Source of the DNA: Alphaproteobacteria bacterium
GTDB taxonomy: Bacteria > Pseudomonadota > Alphaproteobacteria > Bin95
NCBI GenBank assembly: GCA_964291285.2
Contig: OZ219788.1
Coordinates: forward strand, 384,001 to 448,000
DNA: 64,000 nt
Direction of reading: 5' to 3'
Both the position numbers and the translations under genes were made by a program. Position 1 is the stretch's first letter. Every line of letters starts with the position of its first letter. Of the stretch, positions 49,507-59,646 are shown one piece after another. Under the pieces are notes generated by a model, which saw only the letters and a program-made list of their open reading frames with translations, ran no database searches and was not told the DNA's origin.

Positions 49507-50625
49507 ATGACCATGCCCGACACCGAAGACCTGCTCGGCGGCATCAACCGCTGGGCCGCCATCGAGAGCAAGACGGACGACCGCGCCGGCATCGCCCGGA
49601 TGATGGCGACGGCCGAGGCGGATTTCCGCGCGGCCGGGCTGGTCACGCAGACGATTCCGGGCCGCGGCGGCTTCGGAGACCATCTGGCGGCGCGCTCGCC
49701 CTGGGGCGGCGACGGGGAGGGCATTCTGGTGCTCTGCCATCTCGACACGGTGCACCCGGCCGGAACGCTGGCCGCCAACCCGCTGCGCACCGAGGGCGAC
49801 AGGGCCTACGGCCCCGGCATCTACGACATGAAGGGCGGCGTCTGGATCGCCCTGTCGGCGATCCGCTCCATTGCCGACGCGGGGGAGAAGACGCCGCTGC
49901 CGGTCCGCTTCCTGGTGGTGTCCGAGGAGGAGGTCGGCTCTCCCACTTCGCAATCCCATATCGTCGCGGCGGCGGAGCGGGCGAAATATGTGCTGGTGAC
50001 GGAGCCCGCGCGCGATGGCGGATGCTGCGTGACTGGCCGGAAGGGGGCGGCGCGGATGAAGATCGTGGCGCGCGGAAAGCCGGCGCATTCCGGCGTGTCA
50101 CACCGGGACGGCGAAAGCGCGGTGCTGGAGATGGCCCGGCAGATCGTCGATCTGGAGGCGATGACGGACTACGAAACCGGCGTGACCGTCAATGTCGGGC
50201 TGCTCTCCGGCGGCACGGGCGTCAATGTCGTGCCGGAATACTGCACGGCGGAGCTGGATATCCGCATGACCCGGCCGGAGGACGGCGTGGCCGCGGTGGC
50301 GAGGGTGCAGGGGATCAGGCCCTACAACCCCGCGGTCGAACTGACCGTCAGCGGGGGGATGAACCGGCCGCCTTACCGGAAATCGAACGCCATCGCCTCG
50401 CTCTACGAACACGCCCGCGGGCTGGCCTCCGAGATCGGCTTCGAGCTGGGCGAGACCTTCACCGGCGGCGGCAGCGACGGCAATTTCACCGCGCCGATTG
50501 CACCGACCCTGGACGGGCTGGGCGTCGACGGGGCCGGCGCGCACACGCTGGAGGAGCATCTCTACATCTCCTCGCTGGTTCCCCGCATGATGCTGCTGCG
50601 ACGGCTCTTCCAGGCATTGAATTAG
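49507..50625 (+). CDS. M20 metallopeptidase (carboxypeptidase G2-like)
   Basis: HLDTVH, GPG.YDMKGG, EEEVGS, EP, AHSG, GGGSDGNF, GAH..EE. Confidence 0.9.
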   Translation: MTMPDTEDLLGGINRWAAIESKTDDRAGIARMMATAEADFRAAGLVTQTIPGRGGFGDHLAARSPWGGDGEGILVLCHLDTVHPAGTLAANPLRTEGDRAYGPGIYDMKGGVWIALSAIRSIADAGEKTPLPVRFLVVSEEEVGSPTSQSHIVAAAERAKYVLVTEPARDGGCCVTGRKGAARMKIVARGKPAHSGVSHRDGESAVLEMARQIVDLEAMTDYETGVTVNVGLLSGGTGVNVVPEYCTAELDIRMTRPEDGVAAVARVQGIRPYNPAVELTVSGGMNRPPYRKSNAIASLYEHARGLASEIGFELGETFTGGGSDGNFTAPIAPTLDGLGVDGAGAHTLEEHLYISSLVPRMMLLRRLFQALN

Positions 50626-50628
50626 GGG

Positions 50629-51945
50629 TCAGGCCGCGATGGCCCGGGCCTCCTGTTGGAAGCGGCGGTTCACGGCGCTGCCGGGCCTGAGCGCCAGCCG
50701 TTCGTTGGCGAGCGCCAGCGCGACGTTGCGCCGGCCCGCGCGGACGGCCGCCTCGGCGAGCGTCCACATCACCAGATCGCGCTGCGCAATGCTGCCGCCC
50801 ATGCGCCAGAGATGGGCTTCGGCCGCGAGCAGGCCGTCAACGGCACCGGCATAGTCGCCATCGGTGAAACACGCCATCGCCTCGGCGGCGGGGATCGAGA
50901 TGTCCCGGTAGGCGGTCGCGATCTCGCTGTTCGCGGCGGCCGTCCGTTTCATGCCACCCAGCACCGTCTCGTAGGCGGCCCTGTCGCCCGCGCGCAGCGC
51001 CGTCATTGCGGCATGGACCTCGTTGAACGGGCTCGTCATGCCGGGGAGCAGCCCCTGCCAGAGCGGCAGCAGCCGGCTCCAGCGTTCGCCCGCCTCGCAA
51101 CCGAGCGTTTCCAGCCGCCAGAGCAGCGACGCGGCGTTGCAGAGCTGCGTCCCGGCCACGCGCATCGCGGGCAGGATTTCCCCGTCATGGAGTGCGAGCG
51201 CCTCCTCGAACTCGCCGAGCTCGATGTGGAACAGCGCCTTGTGCCACCAGATATGGACCCGGTTGTTGCATTTCGGACCGGACCAGTAGGGCAGGCGGCC
51301 GTCCATCCAGGCGACGCCCTCGTCCGGCCGGCCGGTCATCTCCAGCACGTGGGAGACGGTGTGATGCGGCCAGTAGCCGTAGGGCTCGAGCTCCGCCGCG
51401 GCGCGGGCGGCGTCCTCCGCGCGGGCGAAGTCCCCGAGCTCCTCCAGGCCGAACCCGTAGAAGGACAGCATGATGCCGTAGCCGGGCTCGTCCTTCGACC
51501 AGAACGGCAGGGCGCGGGCGGCGCGGGCGGCCTCGCGATGGAAGCGGCCGAGATAGCCGTCAAGGCGAAGGGCACATTGATGGCCCGCCAGATCGTGCGG
51601 ATCCTCCATCAAATGGCGGTCGAGCACGGCGACGGCCGATGGCCACCGGCCGTTCGCAGCGAAGCGAGCTGCCGCCAGATGCTGCGCCTCGCGCTCCGTC
51701 AGCCCGGCCCCGGCGACGCCGGAGAGCAGTTCCCGCGCACGCGACAGCTGGGCTCCGTCCTTGGTCAGCGCCAGGAGCCAGCCTTCCAGGATATCCGCCA
51801 TCGCGCAGCCGGGGTCGGCTTCGCGCGCCTCGGCCAGATGCCCGTTGGCGTCGCCGAAATTGAGCGTGAACGCGCGTATGGCTTCGTCGATATGCCCTGC
51901 GGCTTCGGCGTTCGCGCTCACGCCGGCATGTCCTGTGTTCTTCAT
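50629..51945 (-). CDS. Tetratricopeptide repeat protein (TTC38-like)
   Basis: FGLEE.G, HH.VSHVLEM.GR, HIWWH.AL, A.SLLWRL, MGGS.AQRD. Confidence 0.8.
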   Translation of the reverse strand: MKNTGHAGVSANAEAAGHIDEAIRAFTLNFGDANGHLAEAREADPGCAMADILEGWLLALTKDGAQLSRARELLSGVAGAGLTEREAQHLAAARFAANGRWPSAVAVLDRHLMEDPHDLAGHQCALRLDGYLGRFHREAARAARALPFWSKDEPGYGIMLSFYGFGLEELGDFARAEDAARAAAELEPYGYWPHHTVSHVLEMTGRPDEGVAWMDGRLPYWSGPKCNNRVHIWWHKALFHIELGEFEEALALHDGEILPAMRVAGTQLCNAASLLWRLETLGCEAGERWSRLLPLWQGLLPGMTSPFNEVHAAMTALRAGDRAAYETVLGGMKRTAAANSEIATAYRDISIPAAEAMACFTDGDYAGAVDGLLAAEAHLWRMGGSIAQRDLVMWTLAEAAVRAGRRNVALALANERLALRPGSAVNRRFQQEARAIAA

Positions 51946-51988
51946 TGGAAAACCTCCCGAAGCGGCCCCCTTGCCCGATCGTCCGGCG

Positions 51989-53302
51989 CTATGCCGACGG
52001 CCGCTGCAGGCCGTAATGGTCGCGTAGCGTCGTGCCGACATACTCCGTGCGGAAGCGCCCGCGACGCTTGAGGATCGGCACGACCTCTTCGGCGAACACG
52101 TCCAGCATGTGCGGCAGAAGCAGCGGCATGACGTTGAAACCGTCGGCCGCGCCGTCATCGACCCACTCTTCGATGGTGTCGGCGACCTGCTCGGGGGTTC
52201 CCGCCATGACGAAGTGCCCGCGCGCGCCGGCCAGCTTCCCCAGGAGCTGGCGCATCGTAAGTTTCTCCCGCTCGACGGCGCCTACGATCAGCTCCGTGCG
52301 ACCGCGCGAACTCTGATTCTCGGCCGGGTCCGGGAAGTCGCCGGCCGTGAGCACGCGGTCGAGGGGGATATGCGAGAAGTCGTGCCCGTCGAAGCGCTGC
52401 GAGAGGCGGGAGAGGCTCGACTCGGTGTCGGCCATCTCGTTGAGCTCCCGCTCCATGCGCCTCGCCTCGGCCTCCGTGCCGGCAATGACCATGCTGATGC
52501 CGGGCAGGATCAGGCACTGGTCCGCCGGCCGTCCGCTCGCCACCGTTCGCGTCTTCAGGTCCTTGTAGAACTCCTGCGCGGTCGCCTTGGTCATGTGGGC
52601 GGTGAAGACAGCCTCGGCGTGCCTTGCCGCGAAGGTCTTGCCGGTGTCCGACGACCCGGCCTGGACGAGCACCGGCCACCCCTGGGGGCCGCGCGGGATG
52701 TTCAGCGGCCCCGCCACATCGTAGTGGGGGCCATGGTGATCGATGGGCCTCACCCGTTCGCGACGGTAGTAATAGCCGGCCTCGCGGTCGTCCAGGACAG
52801 CGTCGTCCGCCCAGCTGTCCCAGAGTTTCCTGGCGACCTCCACGAACTCTTCCGCCCGCTCGTAGCGGTCGGCATGGGGGCGCCGGCCCCGGCTATCGAA
52901 ATTGTTGGCGCCGGCAATGCTGAAGGACGTCACGATGTTCCACCCCGCCCGGCCCCGGCTGATATGGTCCAGCGAGGTGAACATGCGCGCGATGCTGAAG
53001 GGCTCGGAGTGCGTCGTCGAAGCCGTGCCGATGAGCCCGATGCGGCTTGTCGCCATGGCTGTCGCCGCCAGTGTGGTGAACGGGTCCAGATACATGCGCG
53101 CGGTGCGGTCCGCGTCGGGCGCCAGCCCCAGCGTGTCGGCGAGGAAGATCGAATCCATGTGCGCGGCTTCCGCCTTTTGCGCGCACTCGACGACATGGTC
53201 GATGTCCAGCAGCCCGCGCCCGGGAGCCTTGGGGTGCCGCCAGGCCGCCTCGTGGTGGCCGCGGGCATAGATGAACAGGTTCAGGTGGAGCTGGCGTTTC
53301 AT
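51989..53302 (-). CDS. LLM-class flavin-dependent monooxygenase (NtaA/SnaA/DszA family)
   Basis: GHH.AAWRHP, FLAD, SLDHIS.GRAGWNIVTS, QAGSS..G, TLRDHYGL. Confidence 0.92.
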   Translation of the reverse strand: MKRQLHLNLFIYARGHHEAAWRHPKAPGRGLLDIDHVVECAQKAEAAHMDSIFLADTLGLAPDADRTARMYLDPFTTLAATAMATSRIGLIGTASTTHSEPFSIARMFTSLDHISRGRAGWNIVTSFSIAGANNFDSRGRRPHADRYERAEEFVEVARKLWDSWADDAVLDDREAGYYYRRERVRPIDHHGPHYDVAGPLNIPRGPQGWPVLVQAGSSDTGKTFAARHAEAVFTAHMTKATAQEFYKDLKTRTVASGRPADQCLILPGISMVIAGTEAEARRMERELNEMADTESSLSRLSQRFDGHDFSHIPLDRVLTAGDFPDPAENQSSRGRTELIVGAVEREKLTMRQLLGKLAGARGHFVMAGTPEQVADTIEEWVDDGAADGFNVMPLLLPHMLDVFAEEVVPILKRRGRFRTEYVGTTLRDHYGLQRPSA

Positions 53303-53484
53303 CCCCGCCTCCGTCGAGCCAATCCGCCTGAACGGCCTCCGGCGTCCGGTCATTACAGGCTATGGAAGATTGCCCCGGCGATCACGGGCGTGGCAAGCAA
53401 CGGGACAGGATCGCAACGGCCCGGACCACCGCCATATCGCCGCGGGGCGGAGACGGCGAACGAGCGGCCCCGAAGCGTCGCGCC

Positions 53485-55212
53485 TCAGGCGTGCTGCTTC
53501 GCCTCGTATGCCGCGACCTCGCTCATGAACGGCGCGGCGACGTCAGCATTGATCTTGCAATCGAGGAAGACCGGGCCGTCGGGCGCCGCCAGCAGCGAGG
53601 CGAGCGCACTCAGGTCGTCGGGCGTGCGCACCGTGTGGGCGTCATAGCCGAACGCCTCGGCAACCGGCGCGAAATCTACGTCGGGGAAGACCGACTTGGC
53701 GACCGGGAGCTGGCGCAGCCGCAGGTGATGCAGTTCCGCGCCGTAGGCGCAGTCGTTCATCAGCACGATGACCAGCGGCAGGTCCTCGCGCACGACGGTT
53801 TCCAGCTCGCCCATGGTCATCAGGAAACCGCCGTCGCCGACCACGAACACCGTCGGAATGTCGGGACGCGCCCGGGCGAAGCCAAGCGCCGCGCCGAACC
53901 CCAGCCCGATGGAGGCGAAATCGTTGGTCATCTTGAAATGCGCGGGATCCGGCACCGACAGGTAGGGCACGACACCAAGGAAATTGCCCGCGTCGTAAAC
54001 GACATTCCGGGCGTCCGGCAGCATCCGGTCGAGCATGGCGGCGAGCGAGCGCGGATCGATCGTGCGCGCCGTGTTGGCCGGCTGGAAGTCGTCCGCGATG
54101 GAGAAGCCGTCGAGGACGGCCATGCTCCCGGCGCTGTGCTGGGGCTTGTCGGCGGCCCCCTTGTCCGCCACCGCCTCGAGAAGCTGTTCGACGGCCAGCC
54201 GGGCATCGCCCACGACGGCGACATCGGCCGTGGTCCAGCGGCCGATGCTGGCTCGCGAGGCGTCGATCTGGATCAGCGGCGCATCCGGCAGCGACTCGCC
54301 GAAACTCATGGTGAGGATGTTGAGCCCCGCGCCGACCGCGAGCACGCAATCGGCCTCGGCCGCCATGCGCCTTGCCGCGGAATGGGAGAACGAGCCGATG
54401 ATGCCGAGGTTGAGCGGATGGCCCCGGAACATGTCCTTGCCTCTGGCCGTCGTGGACAGCATCGCGCCGGTCTTTTCCGCCAGGCTGGCCAGCGCCTCGC
54501 GCGCACCCGACTTCCAGGCGCCGTGGCCCGCAAGGATGAGCGGCCTCTTCGCCCCGTCCAGCAGGGAGGCGGCCGCCTCGACGGCGTGAGCGCGCGCCGG
54601 CTGCGGGGGACGCGCCGGAACCGGCCCGGCGTCCAGCGGCTCCGGCGCCGGCCCGTCGACCGCGACGTCCTCGTGCTGGACATCGACGGGCAGGAGCAGC
54701 GCGACGGCCTGTCCGGTGCGCGCGAGCGCGGCCGCATCCGCCATCGTGGCGCGGGCTGTCGAGGCGCCGGTGGGCACGAACGCGCGCACGCCGGCCGCCT
54801 TCAGCACACCGGGGCCGTCCAGCGCCTTGTAGTCGGGCCCGAGCGCGTTCGCCGGCCCCGCCGGAAGCGCCGCCTCGCCATAGATGATGAGAACGGGATT
54901 GCCGGTGCGCGCGGCGAAAGACGCGGCCTGCAGCCCGTTGGCAAGCGCAGGCCCCCGCCCGACACAGGCCACGCCGAGACGTCCCGTCGCGGCCGCGTAG
55001 CCGTCGGCCATGCCGATGGCGACATTCTCGTGCCGCGCCCCGATCAGGCCGATGCCCATGGCGTCCAGCGTCACGGCGAACGCCGCCGTGTCGTCGCTCA
55101 TCAGCCCGAAGACCGAGTCGACGCCCATCGCCTTGAGGTCCTCGGCCAACGCCTGATAGACCGGCATGGTCCGCGTCCCCGCCGCGCCGCCTTCGAATTC
55201 CCGCGTCTTCAT
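53485..55212 (-). CDS. Thiamine-diphosphate-dependent enzyme (acetolactate synthase-like)
   Basis: ARHE..A..MADGY, GDGGFLM...N..YG ThDP motif. Confidence 0.88.
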   Translation of the reverse strand: MKTREFEGGAAGTRTMPVYQALAEDLKAMGVDSVFGLMSDDTAAFAVTLDAMGIGLIGARHENVAIGMADGYAAATGRLGVACVGRGPALANGLQAASFAARTGNPVLIIYGEAALPAGPANALGPDYKALDGPGVLKAAGVRAFVPTGASTARATMADAAALARTGQAVALLLPVDVQHEDVAVDGPAPEPLDAGPVPARPPQPARAHAVEAAASLLDGAKRPLILAGHGAWKSGAREALASLAEKTGAMLSTTARGKDMFRGHPLNLGIIGSFSHSAARRMAAEADCVLAVGAGLNILTMSFGESLPDAPLIQIDASRASIGRWTTADVAVVGDARLAVEQLLEAVADKGAADKPQHSAGSMAVLDGFSIADDFQPANTARTIDPRSLAAMLDRMLPDARNVVYDAGNFLGVVPYLSVPDPAHFKMTNDFASIGLGFGAALGFARARPDIPTVFVVGDGGFLMTMGELETVVREDLPLVIVLMNDCAYGAELHHLRLRQLPVAKSVFPDVDFAPVAEAFGYDAHTVRTPDDLSALASLLAAPDGPVFLDCKINADVAAPFMSEVAAYEAKQHA

Positions 55213-55273
55213 CCTGCCGCCCTCCGGTCCGGTTCGCCGGACAGCATACCCGATGCGGGCCGCCGGTTTCCGG

Positions 55274-56989
55274 TCACCATCCCATGGCCCGGCCGGAACG
55301 GCGCGGGTCGGCCCCGCCGCAGATCAGGCCGGTCTCAAGATTCGCGCTGATTGCGCACACGCCGGCGACCGCATCCGAACGGGCGCCGTGCCATTCCACA
55401 TCGTGGCCCCGCGCGGCAAGCTCGGCGCCGACTTCCGGCGCAATCCCCTCCTCCACGACCAGCCGCCCCGGCTTCGCCTCGTGGGGCTCGAAGGAGTTCG
55501 GATGGCTCAGGGTGGCGAAGCGCGGCGCCTCGATGGCCGGCTGGATGTCCATGCCGAAGACCAGATGGTTCAGCAGCACCTGCAGCATGCCCTGCGGCTG
55601 CGCATCGCCGCCCGGCGCGCCGAACGGCATGGTCAGCCGGCCGGGCGCCAGTGCGAGCGCGGGGTTCGGCGTCAGCCGGGGCCGCTTGCCCGCAGCCACG
55701 GCCGAGGCGTGCCCGGCGAGCGCGAAGGACTGCGAGCCGCGCGAGGACGGGCAGAATCCGAGGCCCGGAATGGCCGGCCCCTCGAAGGACACGTCGCTCG
55801 GCGTCGCCGAACAGACATTGCCGGCGCGGTCGACGGCGCAGGCGTAGGAGGTGTCGGCCGCCGCAATCGAGGCCGACCGGTCCACGGGCGGGATGAAGCT
55901 CACGCCTCCGTAGCCGGCGATGTCCCCGGGCGGCGGCATTCCGGGCCAGGCGCGGTCCGGGTCGATGTCCCTGCGGCGGGCCGCGGCGTAGTCCGCAGAC
56001 AGCAGGCGGTCGATGGGCACCTCGATCACGTCCGGGTCGCCGTAGAACGTCTCGCGGTCCGAGAAGACCAGTTTGATCGCCTCCGCCAGCGTGTGGACAT
56101 AGTCGGCCGAGTTGTGCCCGAGGCCCGCGAGGCCGCAGCCTTCCAGAATCCGCAGCATCTGCAGCAGGGTCGGGCCCTGGCACCAGGGCCGGCAGCTATA
56201 GACCCGCACGCCCTCGAACCCGATGCTGACCGGCGCCTCGACGGGCGTGCGGTAGCCGGCAAGGTCGGCGGCGGAAAGCAGGCCGCCGTTCTCCTCGTGG
56301 TAGGCGACGATCCTCTTCGCGATGTCGCCGGCGTAGAAGGCGTCGCGCGCCGCCCGGAGCCCGTCGCGGCGGTGGCCGGAGGCGGCGCCTTCCTCGTCCG
56401 CCATAAATTGCAGCGTGGCGGCGAGGTCGGCCTGCACCAGCAGGTCGCCTGTTTCCAGGGGTTCGCCGTCCTTCAGCCAGATCGCCGCATTGCCCGGCCA
56501 CATCCGGTAGCGGTCCCGGTAGCGGGCGATGAACTTCGCCATCACCGGATGCACGGTGAAGCCCTCGCGCGCATAGCGGATGGCGGGCGCGGCGACCTCG
56601 GCGAAGGACATGGTGCCGAACCTCGCCAGCGCGGTGATCCAGGCGTCGGGGGCTGCCGGCACGACCGTGCGAAGCACCCCGATGGGGATCGCGCCGCCAT
56701 GCCGGTCGCTAAACAGCTCCAGGCTCGCCGCCTTCGGCCAGTATCCGAGGCCGGCGATGCTTACCACCTCGCCCCGTTCGGCAAGGTAGATGAGCATCGG
56801 CGCCACGCCGGAGAACTGCACCTGGTCGCTGTGGACCACGCCGAGCGCGATTCCCGCAGCGACGCCGGCATCGACCGCATTGCCGCCGGCCTCCAGCATG
56901 GCGAAACCCGCCTCGGTCGCCAGATAGTGGCCCGCGACGCACATGTGGCGGCGCGCCGTGACCATCGGCTGCTGCGGCAGGTCCGCCAT
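55274..56989 (-). CDS. ggt: Gamma-glutamyltransferase family protein
   Basis: GGNAVDA, DTSY...VD..GN..S.TPS, GKRP..T.NP, G.PGGD.Q.Q, GGADPRR. Confidence 0.88.
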   Translation of the reverse strand: MADLPQQPMVTARRHMCVAGHYLATEAGFAMLEAGGNAVDAGVAAGIALGVVHSDQVQFSGVAPMLIYLAERGEVVSIAGLGYWPKAASLELFSDRHGGAIPIGVLRTVVPAAPDAWITALARFGTMSFAEVAAPAIRYAREGFTVHPVMAKFIARYRDRYRMWPGNAAIWLKDGEPLETGDLLVQADLAATLQFMADEEGAASGHRRDGLRAARDAFYAGDIAKRIVAYHEENGGLLSAADLAGYRTPVEAPVSIGFEGVRVYSCRPWCQGPTLLQMLRILEGCGLAGLGHNSADYVHTLAEAIKLVFSDRETFYGDPDVIEVPIDRLLSADYAAARRRDIDPDRAWPGMPPPGDIAGYGGVSFIPPVDRSASIAAADTSYACAVDRAGNVCSATPSDVSFEGPAIPGLGFCPSSRGSQSFALAGHASAVAAGKRPRLTPNPALALAPGRLTMPFGAPGGDAQPQGMLQVLLNHLVFGMDIQPAIEAPRFATLSHPNSFEPHEAKPGRLVVEEGIAPEVGAELAARGHDVEWHGARSDAVAGVCAISANLETGLICGGADPRRSGRAMGW

Positions 56990-57008
56990 TGCAGACACCC
57001 TTCGCCGG

Positions 57009-57884
57009 CTATTCGGCCGGCTCGAGCTTGTCCTGGGTGCGGAGCTCAAAATCGGAGGCGTCATGGCGCTCGTGGAGCTGGTCCTCGAGCGGCCCCCTGA
57101 TCCGGTTGACCTTCCGGCCCCGGATCACGGCGTCACGGGCCGCGATCTCGTCATACCAGCGGACGACATTGGCATAGTCCTTCGCGGCCAGGAACTCCGC
57201 GGCGCCGTAGAGCGCGTCCGTCGTCAGCACGCCGTACCAGGGCCAGATCGCCATGTCGGCGACGGTGTAGTCGTCGCCCGCCACGAAGCGCGTCTCGGCG
57301 AGCTGCCTGTCGAGCACGTCGAGCTGGCGCTTCACTTCCATCGTGTAGCGGTCGATCGGGTATTGCTGCTTGCTGGGCGCATAGGCGTAGAAATGCCCGA
57401 AGCCGCCGCCGAGATAAGGCGCGGAGCCCATCTGCCAGAACAGCCAGGAGAGGCACTCCGCGCGCTCGGAGGGGTCCTCCGGGATGAAGGCGCCGAACTT
57501 CTCCGCCAGGTAGAGCAGGATCGCGCCGGACTCGAACACGCGCGTCGGCCTCGGCGTGGAATGGTCCACCAGCGCCGGGATTTTCGAGTTCGGGTTGATG
57601 GCGACGAAGCCCGAGCCGAACTGGTCGCCGTCGCCGATCCTGATCACATAGGCGTCGTATTCCGCGCCGCTGTGCCCCGCCGCCAGCAGCTCCTCCAGCA
57701 TCACCGTGACCTTCACGCCGTTGGGCGTGGCCAGCGAGTAGAGCTGGAGCGGGTGCTTGCCGCGCGGCAGCTCCTGCTCATGCGTGGCGCCGGCGACGGG
57801 GCGGTTGATCGAGGCGAAGCGGCCACCGCTTTCCTGCTCCCAGGTCCAGACTTTCGGCGGTTCGTAGGCGGAGGCGTCGGTCAT
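57009..57884 (-). CDS. yghU: Glutathione-dependent disulfide oxidoreductase
   Basis: Y.PPKVWTW, INRP.AG, LYSLATPNG.KV, WQMGSAPYLGGGFGHFYAYAP, ERHDASDF. Confidence 0.93.
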   Translation of the reverse strand: MTDASAYEPPKVWTWEQESGGRFASINRPVAGATHEQELPRGKHPLQLYSLATPNGVKVTVMLEELLAAGHSGAEYDAYVIRIGDGDQFGSGFVAINPNSKIPALVDHSTPRPTRVFESGAILLYLAEKFGAFIPEDPSERAECLSWLFWQMGSAPYLGGGFGHFYAYAPSKQQYPIDRYTMEVKRQLDVLDRQLAETRFVAGDDYTVADMAIWPWYGVLTTDALYGAAEFLAAKDYANVVRWYDEIAARDAVIRGRKVNRIRGPLEDQLHERHDASDFELRTQDKLEPAE

Positions 57885-58106
57885 GTCGTCGTCCTTCACG
57901 GGCATCGGGTATGCAGGGAGTGCGAAGACCGACCGTTTACCATCCCCGGACCCGGATTGCATGCGCTGCGGCGCCCGCCCGCATTTCGGGTCAACTTCAC
58001 AACCGTTCCCCCGGCTCCTCTACAAGCTATTGTGAGCGCCGCGGGCCTGTGCGGAGATATGCGGCCCAGTAACGGCCCCCACGAACCGACGACCGGTGCC
58101 CCCGCC

Positions 58107-59381
58107 ATGCACACGATCCTCTTTCTCGAACCCGGCCACTTCCACGCCGCCCTCGCCCTGCGGACGGCAAATCCCCGGATCGATCCCACCATCCATCTCT
58201 ACGCCCGTCCCGGCCCGGATCGCGACGCCTTCATGACCCTGGTCCGCTCTTTCAATGCGCGGGACGACCAGCCGACGGACTGGAATGTCCGGACACACGA
58301 AGCGGCCGATCCGGAGCGGGCCTTGGTCGAGGAGCGGCGCGGGGACATCGTCGTCCTTGCCGGACGCAACCAGCCCAAGCTCGGTACCATCGCGCGCCTG
58401 CACGCGGCGGGGCTGCACGTGCTCGCCGACAAGCCCTGGCTCACGGAAGGCGCGGCGCTCCCGGACCTCGAGCGGGCAACGGCAGGCTGGCCGCTCGCAA
58501 TGGACATCATGACCTTTCGCCACGAGGCGATCGCGCGGCTCACGCGGAAGATCGCGACCGACCTGCAACTGTTCGGCGCCCCTGAGGGCCACGCGGACGA
58601 ACCTGCAATCGACATCCAGTCCGTGCACCATCTGCTCAAGGTGGTTAACGGCGCGCCGCTCCGGCGGCCTTCCTGGTACTACGACACCCGTATCCAGGGC
58701 GACGGCCTCGTCGACATCCAGTCCCACATGGTCGACCAGGCCCAATGGATCCTCGGCGACGGTCCGGGCTTCCTGTTCGAGCGGGACTATGAGCTCGACG
58801 ACGCGCGCCGCTGGAGTACCCCGGTGCCGCGCGACCTCTTCCATGCCAGCACCGGACTGGACGAATTCCCGGAGGCTCTGGAGCCCCGGGTGGACGACGG
58901 GGTGCTGCACCTCGCCTGCAACGGCGAGATCCGGTACCGGCTGCGGGGCGTGCCCGTTCGCCAGCGGGCGGAGTGGGGGCAGCGCGAGCCGGACGGAGGC
59001 GGCGACGCGCACCGGACGACGGTGCGGGGCGAACGCGCGACGATCATCGCGCGCCGCGGGCCCGAGACCGGCTTCCGGGGGGAATTGCACGTCACGCCGC
59101 ACAAGCCGGAACCCGGCTTCGAGACCCGCCTCTCGGAGAGGCTTGCCGCCTGGGAGGCCGGGATGCCCGGTCTGACGCACCGCCCGTCCGCCCTCGGGCA
59201 CGAGGTCGTCGTCCCGGCCGCGCTCCACACTCCGCACGAAGCGCACTTCGCGATGGTGCTGAACGACTTCCTCGACCTACTCGATGCGGGCGAATGGCCG
59301 GCCGTACTCGCCGCGCGCATCCGCGCCCGCTACACGGTTCTTGCGCGGGCGTGCGAACGCTGTAATCAGGCCCGCGAATGA
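58107..59381 (+). CDS. Putative Gfo/Idh/MocA-related oxidoreductase
   Basis: PGHFHAAL, VLADKPW, DIMT.R.E, SVHH..K.V.G.PLRRP.WY, QGDG.VDI..H.VD. Confidence 0.75.
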   Translation: MHTILFLEPGHFHAALALRTANPRIDPTIHLYARPGPDRDAFMTLVRSFNARDDQPTDWNVRTHEAADPERALVEERRGDIVVLAGRNQPKLGTIARLHAAGLHVLADKPWLTEGAALPDLERATAGWPLAMDIMTFRHEAIARLTRKIATDLQLFGAPEGHADEPAIDIQSVHHLLKVVNGAPLRRPSWYYDTRIQGDGLVDIQSHMVDQAQWILGDGPGFLFERDYELDDARRWSTPVPRDLFHASTGLDEFPEALEPRVDDGVLHLACNGEIRYRLRGVPVRQRAEWGQREPDGGGDAHRTTVRGERATIIARRGPETGFRGELHVTPHKPEPGFETRLSERLAAWEAGMPGLTHRPSALGHEVVVPAALHTPHEAHFAMVLNDFLDLLDAGEWPAVLAARIRARYTVLARACERCNQARE

Positions 59382-59646
59382 CGCGGCGCCAGTCCGTCGC
59401 ATTGGCCCAATCCGGAGCCCGTCCAAACCATTTCAGCCCGACGGGACAGCCGATAAGGCAAGCCCGGTCCAGCGGCACGTCTTGCGCACCGGCACAGCGC
59501 CCGCGCCAGGTGACGAATGTCCTCTCCGTTGCGGTGCAAGCGCACGGTGCCGGTCGCCCGACCACGCAGTACAGGTTGTTGCGCTCCGTCCGGGGTTTCG
59601 GTTGAGCTGTACGGACGAGCTCGTTTCAACCCGAAAGGTATCGTGC

